Assembly (NCBI GenBank): GCA_963712745.1
Contig: CAVQJC010000002.1
Coordinates: 160,001-224,000, forward strand
DNA length: 64,000 nt
Source of the DNA: an uncultured Chloroflexia bacterium
GTDB lineage: Bacteria; Chloroflexota; Limnocylindria; Limnocylindrales; CSP1-4
Reading direction: 5' to 3'
A model generated the notes under the pieces. It had not been told where the DNA came from. It did no database searches and saw only the letters and a program-made list of their open reading frames with translations. Shown here piece by piece: positions 49,607 through 58,765 of the stretch; within the stretch, counting starts at the first letter, position 1; each line of letters begins with the position of its first letter. The translations under genes and the position numbers were made by a program.

Positions 49607-50928
49607 GCGGGGTCATCGTCCAGCTCGCGCTGGGCAACGTGGCGGCCTCGGCTGCGCTGGCCGGTGTCGCCTGGCTCGTCCACCGCAGCGGCCGGTACCC
49701 CAGCCTGGCCCACCTCCTGTGGGTCCTCTCGCTGGTCAAGCTGATCACTCCGCCGTTGCTGTTGCTGCCGCTCATACAGGCAGAGTCCGCGCCGTCGGGG
49801 GCCACGAGCTCCACCCCGGCCACGACCTGGCTGGCCCACGAGGGCGTGGCCCTGCTGCTGGCCGTCTGGGCGCTGGGGAGCGTCGTGGTGCTGGCGCTGT
49901 CGATGTTCCGCATCGTGCGCTTCGACAGCCTGCTGCGGTCGTCGACCGCGCCGGCATCAGCTGGCATCCAGGCCACGGCCCAGGAGGCGGCCGGCCGGCT
50001 GGGCCTGCGCAAAGTACCGACCGTGTACCTGGCCAGTGACCGGATCGCGCCCATGACCTGGTGGGCCGGGGGGCGTGTGTGGGTCGTGCTGCCGGGTGAC
50101 CTGCCTCAGGCGATCACACCGCCCGAGCTGCGCTGGGTCATCGCTCACGAGCTGGCCCACGTGAAGCGGCGGGACCATCTGGTGCGCTGGATCGAGTGGC
50201 TCACCTGCGTCACGTTCTGGTGGAACCCCGTGTCCTGGTGGGCGCGCCGCAATCTCCGCCACGACGAGGAGGCGAGCTGCGATGCGCTGGTGCTCGAACG
50301 CCTGGGCGCACAGCCCCGCGCGTACGCGGGAGCGTTGCTGGCGGTGGTGGAGATGCTGGCCGGACCGACGTCACGTCCGCCGGCGGTGGCGACGGGCATC
50401 GACGGCGGTTCACTCGAGCGCCGCTTCAGCCGCATCCTGGCCACGGACCGGGTGGCACGCGCACCCCGGATCCTGGCCCTCGGGGCACTCTCGATGGCGG
50501 CGGTCATCATGTCGCTCGGGATCGGCGGGGCCACCGGCACTCCTGAACCCTCGGGGTCAACGGGGTCGGCTGGTGTCATCGGGTCCACGCCGGGCGTCGC
50601 GGTCACCTCGGATGCGGGCGCCGACGAGTACCGGCCCGTGGCCTACGTGGCCGAACGGTCGGGTGCGGCTGGGAATCGAGCCGAGCGCGAACTGAAGGCC
50701 GCACGCCGGGCACTGGCCAAGGCCGACCGCGCGGTCGCGAACGTCGACGTGGCGCCGGCAAAGGCCGCGCGAAAGGTGAAGGAGGCCAGGGCCGCCGTGC
50801 ACCAGGCGACGCGCGCCGTGGAACGGCTCGATCCCTCAGCGAGGGGTATGGAGCAGGCCCTGCGCTCCATCAAGCGCGACCTGCGTGAGGTCGTACGCGC
50901 GCTGAAGGCCGCGGGAACCCCGCGCTAG
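49603..50928 (+). CDS. M56-family (BlaR1-like) membrane metallopeptidase
   Basis: HELAHVKRRDH, WWNP, EASCDA and LERRF; no penicillin-binding domain. Confidence 0.88.
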   Translation: MSGVIVQLALGNVAASAALAGVAWLVHRSGRYPSLAHLLWVLSLVKLITPPLLLLPLIQAESAPSGATSSTPATTWLAHEGVALLLAVWALGSVVVLALSMFRIVRFDSLLRSSTAPASAGIQATAQEAAGRLGLRKVPTVYLASDRIAPMTWWAGGRVWVVLPGDLPQAITPPELRWVIAHELAHVKRRDHLVRWIEWLTCVTFWWNPVSWWARRNLRHDEEASCDALVLERLGAQPRAYAGALLAVVEMLAGPTSRPPAVATGIDGGSLERRFSRILATDRVARAPRILALGALSMAAVIMSLGIGGATGTPEPSGSTGSAGVIGSTPGVAVTSDAGADEYRPVAYVAERSGAAGNRAERELKAARRALAKADRAVANVDVAPAKAARKVKEARAAVHQATRAVERLDPSARGMEQALRSIKRDLREVVRALKAAGTPR

Positions 50929-51758
50929 GGTCCTTCTCCCTCGGCCTCCTTGGCGGTCTCGGCCTCCTTGGCGGTGGCTCCTGTACCGGGCCGAATGCCC
51001 GCGAAGCGATGGAGGCGCTCGGTCGTGTCAGGCCCACTCAACGGATGGCCGTGGCCGCCGGCCACGACTCCGGGTTCGAGGTCCGCAAGCGTCTTGATGG
51101 ATGCCCGAGCGGCCACGCGGTCGGCGGTCGTGTACCAGGGCGGGCCCGACAGGCCCTGGCGGCCACAGAACGCGCCGGCGAGCGTGTTGACCTGGAGGGT
51201 GACGAGGGCGTCACCGGTGATGAGCACGCGGTCGGTCGGTCGGAAGTAGGAGACGTGACCCGGGGTGTGGCCCGGCGTGGGCACCCAGCACCAATCAGGC
51301 AGGTGTGGGACCTCGCCGCTGGGCCCCAGCACGTCGACCACCGCAGCGAGGCTGTTCCGTGCGAGCATCGCGTCGCGGCGGCGCCGGCCGAGAGCGCTGA
51401 TGGCCGGCAGGATCAGGTAGCGGTCCATGGGTCCGGCGTTCCGCCACATGGCACCGAAGCTGCCCCTGGCGATGGCCAGCTCGGCGGGATGGACAAGGAC
51501 CCGGCATCCCCAGCGCTCGGCGAGCGCGCGAGCTGCCCCCGAGTGGTCGGGGTGGTGGTGCGTCAGGAGGATGGCTGCGGGCCTGGCGTCGCGGCCGAAG
51601 AGCGACTCAGCGGCCTGCTCGATCCGGGCCAGGTCGCTCGCCCAACCGGCGTCGACGAGGAGCCACGAAATGCCGCTGGCCACGAAGTAGACGTTGGTTT
51701 GGCTGCGGCCGTGCGGCCCAAGGCAGTAGACGCCGTGCGCGATCTCCGTGGCCTGCAT
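50925..51758 (-). CDS. MBL-fold metallo-hydrolase
   Basis: THHHPDHSG, TPGHTPGH, TGDA and GHG motifs. Confidence 0.9.
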   Translation of the reverse strand: MQATEIAHGVYCLGPHGRSQTNVYFVASGISWLLVDAGWASDLARIEQAAESLFGRDARPAAILLTHHHPDHSGAARALAERWGCRVLVHPAELAIARGSFGAMWRNAGPMDRYLILPAISALGRRRRDAMLARNSLAAVVDVLGPSGEVPHLPDWCWVPTPGHTPGHVSYFRPTDRVLITGDALVTLQVNTLAGAFCGRQGLSGPPWYTTADRVAARASIKTLADLEPGVVAGGHGHPLSGPDTTERLHRFAGIRPGTGATAKEAETAKEAEGEGP

Positions 51759-51832
51759 GGTCCCCTCCCCCGACGATCTGCCCTCGAGCCGAGACCCGCT
51801 GCGACCCGATGGTACGGCGCCACTGCGGCTGG

Positions 51833-52129
51833 CTAGCGACTGCTGCCGTTGCGATAGGGCCGGATCACCAGCTCGGCATTGCCGTCGAGATCCTGGAAAT
51901 CCACGGTCGCGTCGCCGATGTCGCGGTGGACGGTGGCCTCCACGTACGTGCGCATCTTGCTGGATCCTCCGAGGACGTCGTCGGGCTCGGGCGTGGCGAC
52001 GAAGTCGAAGGTGATGGCGGGCCGGCCTTCTACCAGCGCATAGAAGCGGATGCCCCAGTTATCGGGGGCCCCGAGATCGCTGCGTGCGGCCATCATGGCC
52101 GTGGCCGCGGTAGGAGTGAGCGAGAACAC
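51833..52129 (-). CDS. HesB/IscA-like fold protein without cysteines
   Basis: LTPTA...GIRF...PEPDD...TYVE...DATVDF pattern; G-rich RBS just after the upstream stop. Confidence 0.55.
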   Translation of the reverse strand: MFSLTPTAATAMMAARSDLGAPDNWGIRFYALVEGRPAITFDFVATPEPDDVLGGSSKMRTYVEATVHRDIGDATVDFQDLDGNAELVIRPYRNGSSR

Positions 52130-52140
52130 GATGGCCGCCC

Positions 52141-52458
52141 CTACCGGTAACTCTGCCGCTGTGCGCTGAAGCAGTCGCTGCAGTAGACGGGCTTGGAGCC
52201 GGTCGGCTGGAATGGCACCTTCGCCTCGCGGCCGCAACTCGCGCATGTCGCCGCATACATCTGGCGGGACGCACCAGATGAGTAGCCGCCGCCACTGCCC
52301 TGGTCTCCCGAAGCGCCACGTGATGCCTTGCGGGCAGCACGGCAGGACGGGCAACGGCGGGGCTCGCTGAACTCGCGCTCGGCGTAGAACTCCTGTTCGC
52401 TGGCGGTGAACACGAACTCCGCATGGCAGTCGGCGCAGGTCAGTGCCTTGTCGGTCAT
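52141..52458 (-). CDS. Zinc-ribbon protein with CxxC-x17-CxxC domain
   Basis: LTCADC..EFVFTASEQEFY...PRRCPSCR, Gly/Ser linker, then CASCG...VPFQP...PVYCSDCF. Confidence 0.92.
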   Translation of the reverse strand: MTDKALTCADCHAEFVFTASEQEFYAEREFSEPRRCPSCRAARKASRGASGDQGSGGGYSSGASRQMYAATCASCGREAKVPFQPTGSKPVYCSDCFSAQRQSYR

Positions 52459-52757
52459 GGTGAACAAAGAGAGACTCCTTCTCGCGTGACCCCAGAGAAA
52501 CTGTCTCGCCGTGGTCGATGAGAGGGAGTGACAGTGCTGCCGCGCGTGCTTGCCGGCGCAGTGGCGCCGGAGCCCTAAGCGTAACAGACCCAGGTCGGCC
52601 CTCCCACCATGTCGTCGTCGTACCGGCCAGGCGTGGCCTGATCGTCCGACCTTCCGGCCGGGGATCTCGCCCGCATGGCCCGATGCCCCGTCGGCGGGGT
52701 ACCATCCTCCGCCACGTTGCGCCACGAGGAGTCCGTGCTGCCATCCCTCCGCGACTG

Positions 52758-53624
52758 ATGTTGCCGGCTTCGAGACCCCCCGAACGGGTCCGGCGAATCC
52801 TGCGCGGGCTGGTGGTCGTCCACCCGGTACCGAGCGCGATCAATGCCGCCCTCGTGGGCTCCCTGGCGCTCGTCGCTGGCGGGGAACTCGTCGTGGCCGC
52901 TCTTGTGGCCATCGCGATGCTCGGATTCCAGACGAGCATCGGGACCCTGAACGACGTCGTGGATGCGGGCCGGGACCGCCTGGCGGGGCGTGCGAAGCCG
53001 ATCCCGGCCGGACTGGTCTCGGAGCGCGCGGCCATGGGCATCGCCATCATCGGGGGAACCACGGGGCTGATCATCTCCGGGGGCTTCGGCGCCGCGGTCC
53101 TGGCCCTGGGGGCTGCCGGGTACGTCACTGGCCTGGCCTACGACGTCTTCATGCGGCGTCTGGGCCTCGGCTGGCTCTGCTTTGCGGCCGCGCTCCCGCT
53201 CCTGCTGACGTGGACGTGGATGGCAGCGGCGGGCACCCTACCACCAGGGTGGCCGCTCCTGTTGCCCCTCGCTGCACTAGCGGGCCCGACCATCCACCTC
53301 GCCAACAGCCTCGTCGATGTCGACGCGGACGAGATGGCCGGCACGGTCAGCCTCGCGACCCGGCTGGGCATCGGGCGCTCGCGATGGGTCCTGACGGCCC
53401 TCGAGGTCACCGTCTACGTGCTCGCCTGGGCCACGCTGTTCACGCTCACCGCACTGCCGCTTCCGTCGGTGGTCGTGGCCCTGCTCGCGACGCTGGCGGG
53501 GGCACTGGGCCTGGCGTTTTCGTGGCAGGCCGAGTCCTGGGCTCGCGAGGCTGGCTGGCTACTCCAGGCTGGCGCGCTGGCCGCGCTGGCTGTGGCCTGG
53601 GTCGCCTCGATGGCGGTACTCTGA
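52758..53624 (+). CDS. UbiA-family prenyltransferase
   Basis: NDVVDAGRD...KPIPAG and NSLVDVDAD Asp-rich motifs; multiple TM helices. Confidence 0.88.
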   Translation: MLPASRPPERVRRILRGLVVVHPVPSAINAALVGSLALVAGGELVVAALVAIAMLGFQTSIGTLNDVVDAGRDRLAGRAKPIPAGLVSERAAMGIAIIGGTTGLIISGGFGAAVLALGAAGYVTGLAYDVFMRRLGLGWLCFAAALPLLLTWTWMAAAGTLPPGWPLLLPLAALAGPTIHLANSLVDVDADEMAGTVSLATRLGIGRSRWVLTALEVTVYVLAWATLFTLTALPLPSVVVALLATLAGALGLAFSWQAESWAREAGWLLQAGALAALAVAWVASMAVL

Positions 53625-53679
53625 GGTCGTACCGAAGCAGGCTCCGCGTCGTCCTCTGATCGCTGTCAGCGACTGGTGG

Positions 53680-53943
53680 CTACCAGCCGATGCGCCGCCG
53701 GAGCCTCGAGCGCAGGCCTTCGCTCGCCGGGAGTGCTTCCGTACCTGCGGCACCGGCGAACCTGCGACTGCGCGGATCGTCCCCGCGAAGCTGGTAGGTC
53801 ACGGTCAGCGTGTTGTGATCCCACACCTCCGAGGTCGGCAGGTAGCCGCTGCGCTCGGCCTCCGCGGCGCCCGCCGCGTACTGACGGGATACCTCTGTCT
53901 CGCTGATGGCGGAGTAGACCATGACCATGGTCGTCTTCGACAT
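53680..53943 (-). CDS. Hypothetical protein
   Basis: AAGGAG RBS; 87-aa ORF. Confidence 0.55.
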   Translation of the reverse strand: MSKTTMVMVYSAISETEVSRQYAAGAAEAERSGYLPTSEVWDHNTLTVTYQLRGDDPRSRRFAGAAGTEALPASEGLRSRLRRRIGW

Positions 53944-54186
53944 GAAGGGCCCCTCCTTCCTCAAGTCGAGTTCAGGTTGGCACTATCCCAGGGCCTTGAG
54001 TCGGGGCGGGGCCGCCTTGCGGTGCTTCGCGGCACCGGCTTGCTGAGGTTTCGCCGCGCGCGGTTGGAGCAGGATGTGCCGGCGCTGGCCTCCCGCTCCT
54101 TAGGATCGAGAGAGCCGCGTGGCTACTGCTGAGGGCAACGGGCGCTGTTTACTGGCATGCGCGGTCCGAGCCCGGCGTGCAGCCAC

Positions 54187-54591
54187 CTACCGCGCCTGCG
54201 AGACGTCCGTGTTCGGTGTCCACGGGCCGTCGAGCAGCACCGCTTCATCGTCGCCGGTCCAGGGTGGAAGCGCGATGCAGGTGAAGGTCAGGGGCTCGTT
54301 TCCTCGACAGCGATACTGGAATGCCGTACCGAGGGGGATGTCGATACACACACCGGGCCGAAGCTCGGTGACCGTTTCCGCCCCGCCAGGCGCCCTGCGC
54401 CAGATGTCGCCCAAGCCCGACAGCACATACCAGTACTCATCGATGGTGCGGAAGTGGCAGGCACGGCCGATCATGCCCGGCGGCACGGTCGCATGGATCA
54501 TGTTGCCGTGCGGCCCGTCCACCAGGAAGCGGACATAGGCGCCCAGCGGCGAGCGGCCCTCGTCTGCGGTGTCCAGGTGCACTGTCTTCAT
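54187..54591 (-). CDS. Cupin domain protein
   Basis: HFRTIDEYWYVLSG...IPLGTAFQYR...PPW. Confidence 0.8.
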   Translation of the reverse strand: MKTVHLDTADEGRSPLGAYVRFLVDGPHGNMIHATVPPGMIGRACHFRTIDEYWYVLSGLGDIWRRAPGGAETVTELRPGVCIDIPLGTAFQYRCRGNEPLTFTCIALPPWTGDDEAVLLDGPWTPNTDVSQAR

Positions 54592-54848
54592 CGCCGTCCC
54601 CGATGGTGCCAGCCTAAGGGCTCCTGCCCGGTCGCATCAAGGGGCGGCGGCCAGGGTCGCGGACCGAGGCGTCGTCGTCTTCGAGGCGCGCCGTGACCCG
54701 CCACGTGGATCGGGCGCAGTCGTCGACGAGCACGGCTCCCTCGACCAGCGCAGCAGGTCATGGAGGACCGCCTGAGCGACCCCGAGCAGCGGTGTGAGTT
54801 GCCGGGCAGCGAGCGACAGCGGTGGAGGGACGCCGACCGTGGTCGCAG

Positions 54849-55514
54849 TCAGCTCGACAGGGACGCCAGGGTCTCGAGCGCCACCAGGCCCGATCGGTCG
54901 TGCACCGCGGTCTGGTGCTCGAGGCGGACACGGCACGAGAGCTCGGCGTCGAACACGACGAGGGCGACGCGGAGCACCTCCCCCTCAGCCTCGGCGTTCG
55001 CACGCGCATCGTCGAGCTGGTTGAGCACGTCCGCGTTGATGCCACGAGCTCCCCATTTGCAGTCATAGGCCTCGGCCGCGCCCGAGCGCTCGACGGTCAC
55101 GTCGTAGGGGTGGATCTCCGCGCGCACCCCATCGAACAGGATGCGCCGCTCTCGACGGACACCCTGGGTGCCGACCCGGCGACCGAGCAGCTCCACGGTC
55201 AGCGATTCGACGAGCGCGCCGCGCAGCTGGTTGCGTGTCTGGTCGCCCCGGTCGGCGATGGCCAGCGAGACGGCCAGGATGGCCTCCGATCGTTCCCGGG
55301 CGGACAGTTCGACGGCCGGCCCGAACAGCGTCGGGAACATGGTCCTCCAGCCATCAGGATCGAGCGTCTCGCCGTTCATCACCGCTCTGGCCAGCACCCG
55401 CTGGGCGGGCGTGGCATCGGCGAGGAGGCCGGCCGCCTGCGCCACCACCGGTTCCGCCTGGATGGCCGCGTAGGTGATGGCGCGGGCATCTTGCGCAGCA
55501 TCCTGGAACCTCAT
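54849..55514 (-). CDS. Hypothetical protein with a putative PD-(D/E)xK nuclease-like C-terminal domain
   Basis: GALVESL..ELL...PYDVTV...AEAYDCKWG. Confidence 0.55.
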   Translation of the reverse strand: MRFQDAAQDARAITYAAIQAEPVVAQAAGLLADATPAQRVLARAVMNGETLDPDGWRTMFPTLFGPAVELSARERSEAILAVSLAIADRGDQTRNQLRGALVESLTVELLGRRVGTQGVRRERRILFDGVRAEIHPYDVTVERSGAAEAYDCKWGARGINADVLNQLDDARANAEAEGEVLRVALVVFDAELSCRVRLEHQTAVHDRSGLVALETLASLSS

Positions 55515-55816
55515 GACCGCTCACCCAGGGTGAGGAGCACGATCTGGGGGAACGTCGAGAGCCAGTCGATAGCGCGGTGCGGGTCGCTGATACGGCCGAT
55601 CTCATCGACAGCACGGCTGATGGCCGCCTCTTCAAGGGCGGTCACGGACTCCGTGCCCCGCTCGTCGATGAGCTCCTCGATCCGCTCTCGCCATGCGGCC
55701 ACGAGGTCGGTCACGTACATCCACTCGTCCTCGATGTCCTCCGCAAGGCTCGCCAGGCCCTCATAGGCTGCGAGCGCATCGCGCGCCTGGTCACCGAGAG
55801 TCGTCACTGCATCCAT
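55511..55816 (-). CDS. Small acidic helical hypothetical protein
   Basis: 101 aa; ATGA overlap with the downstream gene; TAGTCT 7 nt before the ATG. Confidence 0.7.
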   Translation of the reverse strand: MDAVTTLGDQARDALAAYEGLASLAEDIEDEWMYVTDLVAAWRERIEELIDERGTESVTALEEAAISRAVDEIGRISDPHRAIDWLSTFPQIVLLTLGERS

Positions 55817-56053
55817 ACCAGCAAGACTACGCGAGCTTGGCAGCCATCACGGAACCGACACGGACCGAACGATGTCGCAACGGACCGAAGGGTACGCACA
55901 TGCTGGCGAGGCGGGAACTGGTCTACGGCGCGGCCCTTGCCACTCCAGGCCCACCCGAGGACGACTGGCTCTCCATCGCCGAGGTTGTCGGACTCCCGCC
56001 CACCGAGGAGCAGCTCGCTGTCGACCGCACCATATCCGGTGATGGTGTGAGAT

Positions 56054-56884
56054 CTAGTCGGTCCTGTCGCTCGAGTTCGACTCGACCGCGTTCATGGTGG
56101 CGGGCAGCACCAAGACCTCGACGGGTTCGGTCCGGCCCCGGACCGCCACGGTGCGGCGCTCGAAGTCGGCCTCACTGATCCCCGCCGCCGCCGCACCGCG
56201 GACCGAGACGAGCAGCTCGCCGGCCGCGGCCTCACTCGCGAGTCGTGCCGTGGTGTTGACCACGTCGCCGAGCGCGGTGAAGTCGCTCACGAGGTCATCG
56301 GTCGCGGTCGAACCGACGAACGCCTCGCCGGTGTGCACGGCGGCGCCGATGGGGATCGGGCCCGACGGGGTGGCTTCGGTGCGGCCGGCTCGCGCGAGGA
56401 GCCGCTGTCCCGCGGCCACCGCAGCCGCGGTGTGGCGCTCACCGCTGACCCCACCGAAGAAGAGCCCGATGACCTCGTCGCCCACGAACTTGTCGACGAT
56501 GCCGCCGGTAGCGACCACGGCGTCGGAGGCGAGACGATAGAAGCGATCGAGAAAGGCTCGGAACTCGGTCGCCGAGAGGCGCTCGCCGATGCCGGTGGAG
56601 CCCCGGATGTCCGCGAACAGCAGGCTCACCGGGATCTCCGCGCCCTGCACGCCCTGCTTCTGGAGGCCCTTGATACAGAAGTTGCACATCAGGGGATTGC
56701 CCGCGTAGCGGGCGAAGCCCAGGTGCCGAAGGACGGCACCGCCGGGTCCCGCGAACGGCGCGGCGCAAATCTTGCAGTTGGGCCCACGGGGGACGTGCGA
56801 GAAGACGCGACGCATCACGGCGGTTCCCCGGTCCTGGCCGGTGAGGAACGCCTGCATCTCCTCCTCGGGCGTCAGCTTGACCAC
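56054..56884 (-). CDS. Class III adenylate/guanylate cyclase with N-terminal CxxC...CxxC module
   Basis: FADIRGST, DKFVGDEV and TALGDVVNTTARL; N-terminal CKIC and CNFC. Confidence 0.9.
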   Translation of the reverse strand: MVKLTPEEEMQAFLTGQDRGTAVMRRVFSHVPRGPNCKICAAPFAGPGGAVLRHLGFARYAGNPLMCNFCIKGLQKQGVQGAEIPVSLLFADIRGSTGIGERLSATEFRAFLDRFYRLASDAVVATGGIVDKFVGDEVIGLFFGGVSGERHTAAAVAAGQRLLARAGRTEATPSGPIPIGAAVHTGEAFVGSTATDDLVSDFTALGDVVNTTARLASEAAAGELLVSVRGAAAAGISEADFERRTVAVRGRTEPVEVLVLPATMNAVESNSSDRTD

Positions 56885-57090
56885 GATCGCCGGACTCTAG
56901 CGACGCGAGGGCCGGCCGGCAATAGGTTGGCAACAGCTTTCCGAATGGAGGTCGGCAGCCAGCGTGAACCGTATGTCCATGGCCCTTGACACCCAACACG
57001 ATGGTGAGTTCGTGTCGACCACGGGCGCCTGGCTCGATATCGGAGACCCACTTGTGTCAGGCTCCAGTCTGGTCCCAACCTGGTGTCCCG

Positions 57091-57666
57091 ATGAGTCGCA
57101 GAACGCTCCTCGCTCTCGATGTCTCCGCCAAGCTGGCCCTCTTCGGGTTGCTCCTGCACGCGCTGGCGAACCCGGATCTGCCCCAATACGCGGACAAGGC
57201 CATGCAAGGTCGTGCCGTCATGTATCCGCTGGCGGTCCTTGCCATCCCCGTGGGCTGGTGGCTGCTCTCGCGCCAGCGTCCGTTCCCCGTCTTGTCCGAC
57301 CTGCTCTTCACGCTGCCGTTCCTCATCGATACGGCGGGCAACGCGCTCGACTTGTACGACAGGATCGAGTGGTGGGACGACGTCAACCACTTCGGGAACT
57401 GGGTCCTGCTGTCAGCTGCCTTCGTAGCCCTTGGCTGGCCTCGCGACGCCGCCCGATCCACGCGTGTGGCGCTGGGCGTGGGCTTCGGGGCGGTCGCGGC
57501 CATCGTCTGGGAAGTGCTCGAGTACATCACCTTCATCCCGAACTCGCCGGAGGCAGCGACCGCCTACCAGGACACTCTTGGCGACCTCGCCCTGGGTCTG
57601 CTGGGCAGCCTCGTCGGTGCCTCGGTGGCAGCCTGGTACCTCGAGCGCCAGCGACACGAAAGCTAG
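57091..57666 (+). CDS. Membrane protein (DUF2238-like)
   Basis: LYDRIEWWDDVNHF, WEVLEY and DTLGDL motifs. Confidence 0.7.
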   Translation: MSRRTLLALDVSAKLALFGLLLHALANPDLPQYADKAMQGRAVMYPLAVLAIPVGWWLLSRQRPFPVLSDLLFTLPFLIDTAGNALDLYDRIEWWDDVNHFGNWVLLSAAFVALGWPRDAARSTRVALGVGFGAVAAIVWEVLEYITFIPNSPEAATAYQDTLGDLALGLLGSLVGASVAAWYLERQRHES

Positions 57667-57828
57667 CGGACCGCGCGCCTGCGCCAGAGGAACAGGCGAT
57701 GGAGCACCGAGGCGCGCTCCGATACGGACCCGCCCAGGCGTCGATGGGTCAGGCGGGCACCCGAAGGTCGTGTGGGGCATGACGCGGAGCCGGACCGTCC
57801 CGCGGGACGTCCGCCGCGGGCCGAGAGG

Positions 57829-57861
57829 GACGCGACCCCGACGCGCGGCCGGGGTCGCGTC
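57829..57861. terminator. Stem-loop between convergent genes
   Basis: gacgcgaccccg-acgcgcggc-cggggtcgcgtc. Confidence 0.55.
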
Positions 57862-57883
57862 CTGAGCGTGCGCTGGTCGGGCG

Positions 57884-58378
57884 CTAGGTCCTGACCGTGA
57901 CCTTCTCGCAGCCGGTGACGAGGTCGCTGGGGTCGACGAAGGCACGATCGCGGTCGCCATCGCCGCAGTCGACGAAGTCGGCCCCGCCACCCGCGGCCCG
58001 GATGACGTCGTCGGCATCCCCGCCGAAGAGGCGGTCCCGGCCGGCCCCGCCGGTCAGCACGTCGCGACCGTCGCCACCGCGGAGGACATCGTTGCCCAGG
58101 CCGCCGTAGAGCTCGTCGCCCCGCCCGCCGCCGCGGACCACGTCGTTGCCGGGACCGCCGAGGATGAGGTCGCGGCCATCCTTGCCGTAGAGGGTGTCGT
58201 TGCCGCCCCGACCGCCGATGCGATCGTGGCCCGGGCCACCCTCGAGCTGGTTGGCCTTGTCGTCGCCCTTCAGCACCTCGTCCCAGGGAGGACCGAGCCC
58301 GGCGCCGCTCACGCCCGAGCCGACCAGCATGAGCGCGAGCAGCGCCACGCCCAGCGCCTTGAGGATCATCGGTCTCAT
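57884..58378 (-). CDS. Secreted RTX-type Ca2+-binding repeat protein
   Basis: Signal peptide, GGxGNDxLxG repeats and C-terminal DCGDG...GCE. Confidence 0.88.
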   Translation of the reverse strand: MRPMILKALGVALLALMLVGSGVSGAGLGPPWDEVLKGDDKANQLEGGPGHDRIGGRGGNDTLYGKDGRDLILGGPGNDVVRGGGRGDELYGGLGNDVLRGGDGRDVLTGGAGRDRLFGGDADDVIRAAGGGADFVDCGDGDRDRAFVDPSDLVTGCEKVTVRT

Positions 58379-58765
58379 CACGTACCTCCTCGTACCCCGG
58401 GATGCCTGCTGCGCGACAGCCGTGCGGCTCTCATCCCAACAATATGAGGTCCCTGAGCGCCAAAACGTTCCAAATCGGCCCCATGATCGGGGGCGACATC
58501 GCCGCCACGGCCTCGCCACGTGATGACGAGGGGCTGCCGAGGTACTCACGCACCCAGGTTGAGATCGGCACGTGACAACCGCGAGTCACGGCCTTGGGTG
58601 CCTTCGTGTGGACACGAGCGGGGCAACGGTTGCGCCGGGGCGCGGATCACAGCGGAGATGGCGGCGGGGCCATCCATGCGAACATGGCCGTCTGGCTAGT
58701 CCAGCCACTGCTCTGATCCGTACCCATCCAGGTCGGGGAGAAGAGAGCAGTTGCATCGCAAGGAG

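Noticed and set aside
49214-51758. True beta-lactam resistance cassette
   Set aside because: The M56 protein has no penicillin-binding domain, and the MBL-fold protein lacks a signal peptide and is convergent rather than under the operators.
53945-54185. Possible c-di-GMP or other riboswitch upstream of the hypothetical gene
   Set aside because: Only fragments (GCGAAACC, CGCAAGGC) resemble the consensus and the stems could not be built. An Rfam scan would settle it.
55830-56050. Short plus-strand ORF (MLARRELVYG...) and a repeated ACGGACCGAA
   Set aside because: No recognisable family, and the frame runs into the convergent cyclase gene; too weak to call.
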